From the IMG/VR virus record IMGVR_UViG_3300031862_000007, positions 1 to 50,840 of that record: DNA of 50,840 nucleotides. One strand, 5' to 3'. The notes beneath the pieces are model-generated. The model was not told the DNA's origin. It worked only from the letters and a program-made list of their open reading frames with translations, and made no database searches. This document shows positions 29,543-38,287 of this stretch, piece by piece; position 1 is the first letter of the stretch; every line of letters begins with the position of its first letter. The position numbers and the translations under genes are program-made. The stretch is from a virus (lineage: Duplodnaviria; Caudoviricetes).

Positions 29543-29769
29543 TTTTCCTTCTCATCGGCGGCCTCCTTTTTTTCAATATGCCGAAGATAGGCCCGAATAG
29601 ATCGCAATGGAACAGTCGTTATAATTTGGGGAATGCTTTCTCCAATATAGGCATGAATTTCAATTCCATTTTTATTTTCGTATGCCCATGTTTCTCGTGC
29701 CCCACTTGTTTCAACAAGTGGAATAAAGTTAAGACGTAAACCGTCATTCCCAAGTTTTATTTTACTCAT
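29539..29769 (-). CDS. Hypothetical protein (start MSKI at 29769)
   Basis: GGAGG boundary motif precedes the ATG. Confidence 0.6.
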   Translation of the reverse strand: MSKIKLGNDGLRLNFIPLVETSGARETWAYENKNGIEIHAYIGESIPQIITTVPLRSIRAYLRHIEKKEAADEKEK

Positions 29770-29780
29770 CGATAACCTCC

Positions 29781-30797
29781 TTATCGAAAGATGCACTTAA
29801 TAAACGCCCCGAGTTGCCATTTCGATATTGGTCGGCCCTTGATATATTTCTCATAGCAGGATTGGGGCTTAGGCGGAATTGGCGGTATGGGTTCAGGGGG
29901 AATCGGCTCGGGCGTTGGCGGCTCAGGTTCGGGCGGATTGAGCGTTTTTGAAATCGCCTCAACTCGAGTCCAATACATTTTATCGACATCTATGATCGGC
30001 TTTATCCCCACTTCCTCATTGGCTTTCATTTCGTAGCCAATGGCCTGGGGGTCGTTCCTGATCGCCGTCCCCAAATCGGCGAGTTGCTTGACTGTCGGAA
30101 ATGGAATATTGCCGTCGCCTGAGTAGAGGATTTTCTTGCCCTGGAGCAGAGGAACGGCCCACTCAGGAATCTTCCCGATCTGCTCTTTATGATAGATGGC
30201 ATGGGGGGCGATGATGTCGGCGTATTTCCAATACTGATTATTTGTCCAGCCAGGCGTGGCTGTGGACTGAATCAGCCTATCTTCGTGGACGCCCAGTGCA
30301 AGCAAAGCGTTATGATGCCACTTAATAAAACGTTCAATATATGATAGGGGTTCGTTAATGATGGCAAGGCGATAGTCAACCTTTTGTGCGTTAAGTATTT
30401 TTATCCACCTTTCGAGATAGGCTTTCCGTTCTTTCTGGATTGCCATCGGCCAGGATGCGGGGTAATAAAATATGGCAACGGGATGACAATGGCTTTTGAA
30501 CTTTTGAACAAACCAATGTTTTGTCCACCCTGCCCCATCCAGACTATTGCCGTCCTCAAAGTCAAGATCAACGCCGAGTCCTGCAATGCCGACTTGCTTG
30601 ATTAACGCTTCGGCCCGAGTCCAATAATCCGGGTTTACGGGCTGGCACTTTTCGCCATCGCCCCAAGTAATAGTGCCGAAAATACGGAGCCGGGTTATGC
30701 CATAATATTTACATCTCGATAGAAACAAAACGATATTGCCCCGACAGGCGATAAAAAGGCGGTAGCAACTTAAAACGACATCCTTAACTTCACTCAC
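29781..30797 (-). CDS. Glycoside-hydrolase-like (clan GH-A TIM barrel) protein with Pro-rich linker
   Basis: GITRLRIF, YWTR...GLGVDLDF, IINEP acid/base motif, PPEPEPP linker. Confidence 0.5.
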   Translation of the reverse strand: MSEVKDVVLSCYRLFIACRGNIVLFLSRCKYYGITRLRIFGTITWGDGEKCQPVNPDYWTRAEALIKQVGIAGLGVDLDFEDGNSLDGAGWTKHWFVQKFKSHCHPVAIFYYPASWPMAIQKERKAYLERWIKILNAQKVDYRLAIINEPLSYIERFIKWHHNALLALGVHEDRLIQSTATPGWTNNQYWKYADIIAPHAIYHKEQIGKIPEWAVPLLQGKKILYSGDGNIPFPTVKQLADLGTAIRNDPQAIGYEMKANEEVGIKPIIDVDKMYWTRVEAISKTLNPPEPEPPTPEPIPPEPIPPIPPKPQSCYEKYIKGRPISKWQLGAFIKCIFR

Positions 30798-30904
30798 CGG
30801 CGGCCTCCTAATAACATTTGAAATGCTATCTTTGCGAATTTAAAGGATTGACCCATTAACCAAAGAAACCAATGCCAGTTAGAATTGCTATATGGTTTAC
30901 TCAT
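30794..30904 (-). CDS. 36-aa peptide (absent from the ORF track)
   Basis: Starts and ends inside consecutive GGAGG..GCCG(A/G)TGA boundary motifs. Confidence 0.45.
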   Translation of the reverse strand: MSKPYSNSNWHWFLWLMGQSFKFAKIAFQMLLGGRR

Positions 30905-31346
30905 CGGCGACCTCCTTTGGCTTTCCCGTTGTTAACAATCTTCCCTCTATATAGGTTTGGTAAAGCGTCCTTTTCCCATCGAAAAGATACGGTAGAAAAA
31001 TCTCCTGCGGATGGGCCTGGCCGGAAGCAATGAGGCTAAGTTGCGCATGGATCCAGTCTTTCAGAATTCTCCAGGTGACGTTGTAGGCCCTGGTGTCCCG
31101 ACCCTTCATGGTGTCCCGACCGTAATAAGTTCTTTTCCCCGAAAAGATAGCCTCCCGTACGCCATTTATGTTCGCGGGCAATTTGAAAATTTTATTATTG
31201 AGCTTAAACTGAAGGCTTCTCACTCTGCCGTCCTCCAAATACTCTTTCATAATGGCCTCAGCGCCGAAAAGGGCAAGGATTTTCTCTATTTCGGCGATGC
31301 TTCGTTCGGCAGAGACGCTGGTCGTGTAGTTTTTGATTTTATTCAT
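30897..31346 (-). CDS. Conserved phage hypothetical protein
   Basis: NYTT.V...SIAEI..IL..FGA and WRILKDW...FLPY pattern. Confidence 0.7.
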   Translation of the reverse strand: MNKIKNYTTSVSAERSIAEIEKILALFGAEAIMKEYLEDGRVRSLQFKLNNKIFKLPANINGVREAIFSGKRTYYGRDTMKGRDTRAYNVTWRILKDWIHAQLSLIASGQAHPQEIFLPYLFDGKRTLYQTYIEGRLLTTGKPKEVADE

Positions 31347-31361
31347 GTCTCTCCCCGCTCA

Positions 31362-31778
31362 TCATCGGCCTCCTTTTTGGGCTTGCTTTTTAAAAGTGCG
31401 GACTTTTTGTCTCAATTCCAATAGTTCAGGCAAAGTATCCATAGCTCGTTTCTTCCACTTCTCTCGCTCCTCGATGAGGCGGCGAATGGCCCCCAGGGAT
31501 TTAGCCTGTTCGCACCAGGGGTCTAATTGTAACCTCATATAAGCATCATCCAGGGCCGCCAGCATTTCCTTCTCCGTCACTTCACTCATCGGCAGCCTCC
31601 TTGTCCGACGGTTCTTTTTTTCCATAAACGGTATCAGTTTGAAAGTAAGCACAATCTCAAATTTTGTTTTGCATTTCTGACAAGTAACAGATGTGATTCC
31701 ACAAGATTCCGCATATCCAACATCCAGCATTTCTTTACACTTGGGACACGACTCCTGCCAATAATATCTATCACCCAT
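31362..31778 (-). CDS. Zn-ribbon protein fused in frame to a second small gene
   Basis: CPKC...CQKC; internal RBS plus ATG at 31586-31600 (MSEVT). Confidence 0.55.
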   Translation of the reverse strand: MGDRYYWQESCPKCKEMLDVGYAESCGITSVTCQKCKTKFEIVLTFKLIPFMEKKNRRTRRLPMSEVTEKEMLAALDDAYMRLQLDPWCEQAKSLGAIRRLIEEREKWKKRAMDTLPELLELRQKVRTFKKQAQKGGR

Positions 31779-31790
31779 TATTTTCTCCTC

Positions 31791-32000
31791 TCATCGGCGA
31801 CCTCCTTCCCAAGAAAAGCCGAATTCAAAATTCAGGACTGTAATAGAAAAATAATGATGATTACCAATCGGATGCCAGTTAGCAGCAAGTCCAAAAAGTA
31901 CAAAGTAAAAACCTGTTTTATCTACAGATGTTTTCCAATAATTACTGAAATAAAAATCCCACTTTTTCTTTCTTGTTATAAGTTTCTCAAATTTATTCAT
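31791..32000 (-). CDS. Hypothetical protein
   Basis: Bounded by boundary motifs. Confidence 0.55.
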   Translation of the reverse strand: MNKFEKLITRKKKWDFYFSNYWKTSVDKTGFYFVLFGLAANWHPIGNHHYFSITVLNFEFGFSWEGGRR

Positions 32001-32247
32001 CGTCGGCTTCCTCCGGCGGATCGCAACTCGGCTTCACGATAAAAAAATTCCCGCCCTCCAAACCAATCGTTATCTCGTCCACCTCTCTCGGGTCTTCGTT
32101 CTGCTCCCTGCACAGCTCAACCCATTCATCCCAATGGGCGAGGAAAACCTTACCAGCACGGCGGTCCATTAGTTTTCTCCAAAATATTTTTGCATATAAC
32201 GCCGGTTCATTTCTGCATGAAGCCAACGATGGTAACCAAGAGAGCAA
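31993..32247 (-). CDS. Hypothetical protein (probable start MDRR near 32169)
   Basis: Coupled to the stop of the HNH gene. Confidence 0.5.
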   Translation of the reverse strand: MLSWLPSLASCRNEPALYAKIFWRKLMDRRAGKVFLAHWDEWVELCREQNEDPREVDEITIGLEGGNFFIVKPSCDPPEEADDE

Positions 32248-32714
32248 ATTAATAAATTTGAATTATGATTATCGGCCTTATTTCCATTGATATGATGAGT
32301 CATTTCACCCCGTTTTAAATATCGACCTAAAGCCTTTTCTGCAATTAATCTATGTTCTTGAATATATCCAGTTGCATTAACGAAAGGATGATTAGGACAC
32401 CAGATTAAAATATAACCCCGTGATCTTATCTTGCCGCCCTTCCAACCAGGGCATTTGTCCCCCGTCTGCTTTTGCCGAGCCAACGCCAATGCCGCTTTTG
32501 TTTGTGGTAACATCGGTTTTCCAAAATTAGGACTATTAACCCCTTTGTGTGTTTGACTATATTTATTAAGATTAGATATTACGAGTGGGGAAACTTGTCT
32601 TTTTTTATTGGCTTCAAGTAGGATGGATTTTACATGAGGCGCCATGGGTTTCCCATACATAGGATTATTTTTTCCAACGTTCCAATGTCTTTCAATTCGG
32701 TGATCAGTCATCAA
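32169..32714 (-). CDS. HNH homing endonuclease with NUMOD3-like repeats
   Basis: GKNNPMYGK, NSPNFGK, WKGG, HHINGNKADNHNSNL. Confidence 0.85.
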   Translation of the reverse strand: MMTDHRIERHWNVGKNNPMYGKPMAPHVKSILLEANKKRQVSPLVISNLNKYSQTHKGVNSPNFGKPMLPQTKAALALARQKQTGDKCPGWKGGKIRSRGYILIWCPNHPFVNATGYIQEHRLIAEKALGRYLKRGEMTHHINGNKADNHNSNLLICSLGYHRWLHAEMNRRYMQKYFGEN

Positions 32715-32730
32715 ATCCTCCTGATTGCGG

Positions 32731-32822
32731 AAGTCTCGGGGGTGGCTAAAATGCCTTCTTTCTACCGGTTTCCTCCTGTCGCTCGGACATTAGCCTAGCG
32801 ACGTTTGCCACCCCCAAGACTT
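32731..32822 (-). other. Intergenic branched stem-loop (structured RNA element)
   Basis: 16-bp outer stem aagtctcgggggtggc / gccacccccaagactt (G-U pair on -); inner gtcgct/agcgac stem. Confidence 0.55.
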
Positions 32823-32834
32823 TTCAGTGGCGGA

Positions 32835-33092
32835 TCAGTTTGGCGTAGCGGTACCGCCAGCCACCTTCAAAAGTCCATAGCCAGACAGGGCCCCAATGAT
32901 AACTGCGATAAGAAAGGTTATGGCCGCAAAGGTGAAGGCCGTACCTTCACTAATGAACTTGTAGGCCGTAACGCCTACCGAGGCCAGAACCACTAGGACG
33001 ACCGCTACTGGACCTTGAATGACGTTTGGCAGTACCTTTTTTAGGAACTGTACAATGGCCATCACAACCGCAATCGCTTGAAGTTGGGTCAT
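32835..33092 (-). CDS. Holin-like multi-pass membrane protein
   Basis: 2-3 TM helices, IVQFLKK and SGYGLLK motifs; GGAGG RBS. Confidence 0.55.
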   Translation of the reverse strand: MTQLQAIAVVMAIVQFLKKVLPNVIQGPVAVVLVVLASVGVTAYKFISEGTAFTFAAITFLIAVIIGALSGYGLLKVAGGTATPN

Positions 33093-33245
33093 TTTAACCT
33101 CCTAACTATTTATTTTCTTCCCCCATCTAGGGAAGATATTTCTTCCGATCTCTTGTCTTTGCCGAATCAATCTCATCCAGAACGAAACCAATTAGTAAAC
33201 CAAGGAATAAGCAGCCGAGTATTAATCGTAAAACCTGGCACAACA

Positions 33246-33479
33246 TTAGCGCTTCTCTTCCGATTGCTTGTAGTAGGGACAATTAACTGGCTGTTTTAGG
33301 CTTTCCGCCGTCTCTCTTAGCTCAATAATTTTCTTTCCCCATGAACAGTAGCCGATAAGGGTTCTATCGGGAATTTGAGAGAGGTGTGGCTGGAATGATT
33401 CACAGTGAGGACATTGATAGATGTTATAGATTCCGTTTTCAGGACAGCACTTGTTCTTGCAGAAATTTGCCTTCTTCAT
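33246..33479 (-). CDS. Cys-rich putative Zn-binding protein
   Basis: CPHC, GYC, CPYY. Confidence 0.55.
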   Translation of the reverse strand: MKKANFCKNKCCPENGIYNIYQCPHCESFQPHLSQIPDRTLIGYCSWGKKIIELRETAESLKQPVNCPYYKQSEEKR

Positions 33480-33781
33480 TTTCCCATGTTCTTTTTCAGC
33501 TTTGTAATTTGTCCCTTGAGGCCAGCGATGCGTTTCTCCTGAAACTGAATATGCTTTCTTCTGTCGGCGGCCAAGCTTTCATACCAATCTTTGTCCTTGA
33601 GAAGCTGCTGATATTCTGGCAGGTCGCGGAGTTTCTGATTGACAAATACCTCCAGGGCATCGGCAATCCTGAGAATCGCGCCAGCTTGAATTTGCCCATC
33701 GCAAAGATGCTGTCCAGGCTCAAGATAACTTCCCCAATTTAACTTTGACTTTTCTCTCCAAGAATTATGTTCCGTAGGCAT
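33476..33781 (-). CDS. Hypothetical protein with C-terminal coiled coil
   Basis: AAGGAG RBS; GAILRIADALE...LKGQITKLK. Confidence 0.65.
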   Translation of the reverse strand: MPTEHNSWREKSKLNWGSYLEPGQHLCDGQIQAGAILRIADALEVFVNQKLRDLPEYQQLLKDKDWYESLAADRRKHIQFQEKRIAGLKGQITKLKKNMGK

Positions 33782-33785
33782 GTTT

Positions 33786-34289
33786 TTACTCCTTCAGTTT
33801 TTTTGGCTCAAAGACCGGGACGAGATATTTCGTCTCGGCCATTGTCTTCTTTAGTGATTGATAACACCGGAGGAAATGGAGTCTATCCCATGGCTCGTCC
33901 CCGGGATCGAGGTTTCCAAACCTTTCCCATCCCCCAAAGGCCATTTTAATAGCTTCGTTCAAAATGGGGTCATTCCGCCCTTCGCCCCCGATCTGCAAAA
34001 GTGCCCGGTTAGCCCTTCCCCATGCGTCCATCGCCAACCGCTCAAGCTCCTCTGCCGAGATCCCCAGCGCTGCCTCTCTTATTTCCGCCGGCGTCGGCAT
34101 AGAGGAGAACCGCCTTGTGTTTATGATGTGATTTACTCCTGCCGTAAGTAGGGGATAGGGGATGTTGCCCAGACAGGAGTAGTAAATCTCTATCCTCTGC
34201 TTGGAGATTCCGTCTTTCTCAAAGACAGTAGCCAGCATAGCCATAAGTAAAGCAAAGTCCTTTTCCTTCTCAGAGGGGACGATGTTCAT
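33786..34289 (-). CDS. Replicative helicase loader/inhibitor-like protein
   Basis: MPTPAEIRE motif and AI...GGW; directly downstream of the initiator. Confidence 0.6.
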   Translation of the reverse strand: MNIVPSEKEKDFALLMAMLATVFEKDGISKQRIEIYYSCLGNIPYPLLTAGVNHIINTRRFSSMPTPAEIREAALGISAEELERLAMDAWGRANRALLQIGGEGRNDPILNEAIKMAFGGWERFGNLDPGDEPWDRLHFLRCYQSLKKTMAETKYLVPVFEPKKLKE

Positions 34290-35091
34290 CTTTTTTCTCC
34301 TTTTCTTTATCCTCGAGCCATTCTTTTATGCCGTTGAGTTTGTCTTCTTTTTTGGCCTTGAGATAGAGCTGATCAAATTTCTCTCTAAGAGTAGGCATAC
34401 TGAGGATATTGGCTTTCCAGAATTTGTCTTCTTGGGAGAATCGTATAACTACCTCTATTTCTTCGGGTGTTCTATTATCAGATTGCCGAAGCAGGCGACA
34501 TTCGTTGAGCCATGTTATCTGAGCTTTTTCGCTGATTTTTGAGACTTTTGACTTTGGGTTGTTTTTTATTATGAGGTCGATGAGGAGTTGGCAAAGGTCG
34601 AGATCAATTTTCTCGAACGAAGAAAGAGAATTATATTTTATTTTATATTTCTTTATTTTATTTTTATTTGCGCCAACTGCGGATATGGTATCGATAGGGT
34701 ATTGATAGGGTATATTTAAGTGACTATTATAGGCCAGTAATTTAGGGATTAACTTGTTTCTATTCAGTTCTTTAAGGTCAAGGGCCACTCTCTTCAGTAC
34801 CTTTGGCGACCTTGAACACTGATGTCGGATGAAATTTTTCACCCAAAGTAGCTTTTCGGGAGTGAAAATAATCTTTTTTTTCTTGGATAGGGTATCAAGA
34901 ACAACGGATACCCTATCGATAGGGTATCCAGTTTCTATCGAAATCGTGTCTTCCGTGATATAATAAAGGCCAGCTTGGTTTGAGTGCTCATTTGTAAACA
35001 TCCAGAGATATATAGTCCGACCTTCAGGGGACAAGGTCCGAATAAAAGGGTCACTCCAATAGCGACATTTTATAATTCGATAGTCACCCAT
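34270..35091 (-). CDS. Phage replication initiator (lambda-O-like organisation)
   Basis: YWSDPFI...YLWMFTN..SNQAGLY N-terminus; FWKANILSMPTLREKFDQL C-terminus; internal iterons. Confidence 0.8.
   Translation of the reverse strand: MGDYRIIKCRYWSDPFIRTLSPEGRTIYLWMFTNEHSNQAGLYYITEDTISIETGYPIDRVSVVLDTLSKKKKIIFTPEKLLWVKNFIRHQCSRSPKVLKRVALDLKELNRNKLIPKLLAYNSHLNIPYQYPIDTISAVGANKNKIKKYKIKYNSLSSFEKIDLDLCQLLIDLIIKNNPKSKVSKISEKAQITWLNECRLLRQSDNRTPEEIEVVIRFSQEDKFWKANILSMPTLREKFDQLYLKAKKEDKLNGIKEWLEDKEKEKKDEHRPL
34621..34929. other. Putative phage replication origin
   Basis: GATAGGGTAT-type iterons at 34682, 34693, 34704 (11-bp period) and 34886; perfect 24-bp palindrome ggataccctatcgatagggtatcc at 34906-34929; AT-rich tract 34621-34670. 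Confidence 0.7.
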
Positions 35092-35512
35092 GTTTACCCA
35101 AGCGGCCCCTCTTTATCTTCAGGTTCTTTTGCCGCTCAGAAAATGACTCCTTATCTTTTGCTGAGGGTTTGGATTTTTCTTTTTTGGGGCCAAGAAAAAT
35201 GATGCCTTCTGCGTTAAGTTCTGACATACTTCGCATTTCCCCCTTATCATTCTTCCAAGATCGGTGACGAGGCTTACCTTCAACGACGACCAGTTGTCCT
35301 TTTGTGCCGTATTCAATCATCAATTCGGCCTTCTTGCCGAAGCAAATTATTCTATGGTATTCGACATGGGGGGTTTTTTCGCCAGGCCAGACTTCATTTG
35401 TGGCTAATTGAAACCAAGCCATCTTCGTGCCCTTTTTACTGTCTCTTGTTTTAACTTCTGCGGCAACCCGGCCCACTAAAATGGTTTTACTGAAACTATT
35501 GTAGTCAGCCAT
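35084..35512 (-). CDS. ssb: Single-stranded DNA-binding protein
   Basis: ILVGRV, FQLATNE, HRIICFGKKAE, KGQLVVVEG, RSW. Confidence 0.9.
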   Translation of the reverse strand: MADYNSFSKTILVGRVAAEVKTRDSKKGTKMAWFQLATNEVWPGEKTPHVEYHRIICFGKKAELMIEYGTKGQLVVVEGKPRHRSWKNDKGEMRSMSELNAEGIIFLGPKKEKSKPSAKDKESFSERQKNLKIKRGRLGKHG

Positions 35513-35524
35513 CGGCTTTATTCT

Positions 35525-35905
35525 TTAAAACGGAGGCTCTTCATCTTCACTAGACCCTGTTTCTCTTATGATCTTTACTATCTTTGCTCTTTCCTTCCCC
35601 TTGATTATTTCATGTTTTATTTCGGCCTTAAAGCGCTGGCCCACGGCTTCATGTTCATCTATCTCGATCTCGCCCTCTTCATTCTTTTTACCGCCAAGAG
35701 CAATAAGTATTTCTTTAAGCCTATCCTCATTAGGGAAGAAAAATTCACGATGTTGGTGAGTTTTCCCAGAAGGGTCCTCGGCTTCAAGGTCGAATTCATA
35801 GTAGTCATAACCACTATCGCTTTGTTTTAATTTAGGTAGCCTGGTCACAGTAAAGTTATAAGTACCAAGCGCCAGAATCTCGAATCTTTTTTTTGTGCTT
35901 ATCAT
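35525..35905 (-). CDS. DUF669-like OB-fold ssDNA-binding protein
   Basis: GTYNFTV N-terminus; acidic SEDEEPPF tail. Confidence 0.6.
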   Translation of the reverse strand: MISTKKRFEILALGTYNFTVTRLPKLKQSDSGYDYYEFDLEAEDPSGKTHQHREFFFPNEDRLKEILIALGGKKNEEGEIEIDEHEAVGQRFKAEIKHEIIKGKERAKIVKIIRETGSSEDEEPPF

Positions 35906-35915
35906 GCGTTCTCCT

Positions 35916-36584
35916 TTAGCGAGTGTTCCTTTTTATGGCTGCCCTGTTATAGTGGATTGCTAATAGGTGAATAAAAGTGTCCCATTCTATGGGAAGGTCT
36001 GCCCAAAACTTATAAGAAAAACTTGCTTCCTCTTTATCAATCTTCAGCAGATGACAGCCACCATCCAATAACTTCTTAGGATTATTCTCTTCCCAAATGT
36101 GCTTAGAGGCCGCGAGCTGAATAAGATGATCTTCATAAATCCCCGAGGCGGCCTTCCAGTCAAGAACAGAGAGTTTGTCCCGAATGAAACCCAGGCAATC
36201 TATTCTTGTGCCGAATTTGTATTTCTCAGAAATGCAAACCTGCTCGGTAAGATAGCCTCTAAAGTTGACCATCTTCTTCCATTCTCGAAAATTGAAATAG
36301 GCCATGTCAGCCTTTTTTAACGTTTCTTCTCTCGACTCGATTACAGCGAATTCTTTATCAATATCTGGTTTCATTCTTTTGATGTCGCACTCAATAAGGT
36401 AATGAGCGATAGTCCCGGCATCCGTTGCTTCCTTTGAGGCGTCCATTAGGCTTATGCCTTTTTTTCCTAGCTTCCAGGCCCACCATTTGATCCCATCGGT
36501 TTTCCAGCCGAGGCTTGCTAAGACCGTGGTGATGCCAGGCACTTGCGTTCCGTCTTTAAGCAGGTATATTTGTTTTGGCTTCAC
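35916..36584 (-). CDS. PD-(D/E)xK exonuclease
   Basis: PGITTVL, GTIAH, GTRIDC, LDWK, QLAA. Confidence 0.8.
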   Translation of the reverse strand: MKPKQIYLLKDGTQVPGITTVLASLGWKTDGIKWWAWKLGKKGISLMDASKEATDAGTIAHYLIECDIKRMKPDIDKEFAVIESREETLKKADMAYFNFREWKKMVNFRGYLTEQVCISEKYKFGTRIDCLGFIRDKLSVLDWKAASGIYEDHLIQLAASKHIWEENNPKKLLDGGCHLLKIDKEEASFSYKFWADLPIEWDTFIHLLAIHYNRAAIKRNTR

Positions 36585-37558
36585 AATTCTTCCTTTGGTT
36601 CAGGCTCCTTAGCTTCTTCTTTAGGTTTATTTTTCTCCCACCATTTTTTGAATTCGTTTATAGCGTAGGGCAAATTCTGCAAAAGCAGTTTTAGGTCGCT
36701 GAGTTTGCCTTCATGGAAGGATAGATTCCCGAATTTATAGCCAACGAATGTCCGTGGTTGCTTTGTTCCCTCTTCCTGCCAGACCTCAAGAAACTTCTTG
36801 AAATCCTGCGGATGAATGTTGTTTTTGACGAGTTCGTATTTGATATCTTTTATCAGCTCCTCTTTCTCCGCTTCCATCTCTTTTCTGTTTTTCTCTTTCT
36901 CTTCGGATTCTGGAGTAGGGATTAACTCGGCTGGTGTGACGGGGATCTCAATCGCCGCCTCAGTTTCCATCTCTTCTTTCGAATAAAGGCCCAGCGCCAG
37001 GTCCGGGGCATAGGCCCTGACTCCATTTGAGACACAACGCCACAGGTTCATCTGCTTCGGATACTGAACATAACTTGTCTTGTCCGTGAGTTTCGCCCGC
37101 TTTGCGTCGTCCGAGGTGAATGTTTCCGTGTGAGACTCAAATCCAGGTCTTGAGAATTCGAGCTTGCAAATGTTCTCATCGCTTTTGATGACCTTATAGG
37201 TCAGGCCCTTTTGGATAGCCAAAGCCAACAGTGCCTTTGCCTCAATGCAGACCCGGCCTTTTACGATGGACATCGTTTGGAGCGCCTGGACGGGTTTGAG
37301 CCCCAGCTCCCGACCATATTCGATGATGGCGACAGCCCCCGATATACTTTGGATTCCCGGGAAGAGCTTGCTTTGAAAGAGAAACCTTCCCAATTTCTCG
37401 AGATTTCCAGAGTCGGGAAGCAGGGCCTTGTCATCGTCTCGCTTAATGACGGCGAGTTCCGAAGGCTTGATGGTTCCGGGTATTCTTTTGATGAGGCCCT
37501 TTCTTGGCTTTCTATATGTTTTGGCTTTTTTCTTTTTCGGCATCGTTCCTCCGTTCAT
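36581..37558 (-). CDS. RecT/Red-beta-like single-strand annealing protein
   Basis: GRELGLKPVQAL..IVKGR, YPKQM..RC, PDLALGLYSKEE; adjacent to the exonuclease. Confidence 0.75.
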   Translation of the reverse strand: MNGGTMPKKKKAKTYRKPRKGLIKRIPGTIKPSELAVIKRDDDKALLPDSGNLEKLGRFLFQSKLFPGIQSISGAVAIIEYGRELGLKPVQALQTMSIVKGRVCIEAKALLALAIQKGLTYKVIKSDENICKLEFSRPGFESHTETFTSDDAKRAKLTDKTSYVQYPKQMNLWRCVSNGVRAYAPDLALGLYSKEEMETEAAIEIPVTPAELIPTPESEEKEKNRKEMEAEKEELIKDIKYELVKNNIHPQDFKKFLEVWQEEGTKQPRTFVGYKFGNLSFHEGKLSDLKLLLQNLPYAINEFKKWWEKNKPKEEAKEPEPKEEL

Positions 37559-37560
37559 TT

Positions 37561-37590
37561 AGGGCAGGGGATGGTTGCGACCCCCACCCT
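37561..37590. other. Intergenic GC hairpin
   Basis: agggcagggg...cccccaccct. Confidence 0.35.
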
Positions 37591-37651
37591 TCGATTCTGA
37601 GGAGTTTATGGGAAGAAAGTTTGAGAGGAGGATAGCAACCGTATCTTCTCC

Positions 37652-37885
37652 TTACAAATGTTTTTCGGGTCCGCCCTTTAGCTCAAGCTCAAAGACTTCG
37701 CCATCCTCGACCTTGATTTTAGGCTCACTGATTTGCTCTTTGGAAAGCCGAAGCTCGAGTTCGTCTATTCTTTTTTGGTAAAGATCGATCATGGCGTTGG
37801 TCTCTGCACGAAAATCAGAGAGCCAACTTCGGAATTGGTTGAGTATGACCTTGCCGTTCTTCGCTGTGGGTTGAGTTTGTTCCAT
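37652..37885 (-). CDS. Small coiled-coil hypothetical protein
   Basis: GAGGAG RBS. Confidence 0.65.
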   Translation of the reverse strand: MEQTQPTAKNGKVILNQFRSWLSDFRAETNAMIDLYQKRIDELELRLSKEQISEPKIKVEDGEVFELELKGGPEKHL

Positions 37886-37915
37886 TCTTGCTCCTCAATA
37901 AGTTTAGTTTTATTT

Positions 37916-38287
37916 TTACCGGCAGAGACCTGTCTTGGTAAATCCGATTTCTTTCCAATGATGAGAAATATGGTGTGATTGTGATAAAAATAAACTTAGA
38001 TTCGTCGGCCTATCGTCGTTTGTTATCCCGTTTTTATGATGGACAATTTCTTTTGGTAAAATAAATCTGCCGATTATTTTTTCCATGATTAAATGTGATC
38101 GTCGGACATAACCATTCTTGTCGGCATATGGATGATTTATAGACTTGACAAGGATATAGCCGCTTTTATCCGATGTAACTCCTCCCCTCCAACGATGATT
38201 TAGTTTTCCTAATTTTGATAAACCGTTATTATTATAATTTTTGTAGTTGACATAATATTCCTTATGTAACCCATATGTTATTCGCAC
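37916..38287 (-). CDS. HNH endonuclease
   Basis: NHRWRGG, HPYA..NGYV, VHHKNGITNDDRPTNL. Confidence 0.8.
   Translation of the reverse strand: MRITYGLHKEYYVNYKNYNNNGLSKLGKLNHRWRGGVTSDKSGYILVKSINHPYADKNGYVRRSHLIMEKIIGRFILPKEIVHHKNGITNDDRPTNLSLFLSQSHHISHHWKEIGFTKTGLCR
38245..38272 (-). other. Second dif-like site, inverted relative to 353/42407
   Basis: - strand GGGTTACATAA-GGAATA-TTATGTCAACT. Confidence 0.65.

Noticed and set aside
35916-36584. Cas4 of a CRISPR system
   Set aside because: No Fe-S cysteine cluster, and its position beside a RecT-like gene indicates a recombination exonuclease.
37562-37569. KOPS motif (GGGCAGGG) pointing to the dif-like site
   Set aside because: A few scattered GGGNAGGG octamers are expected by chance in 50 kb; no count was possible to show enrichment.
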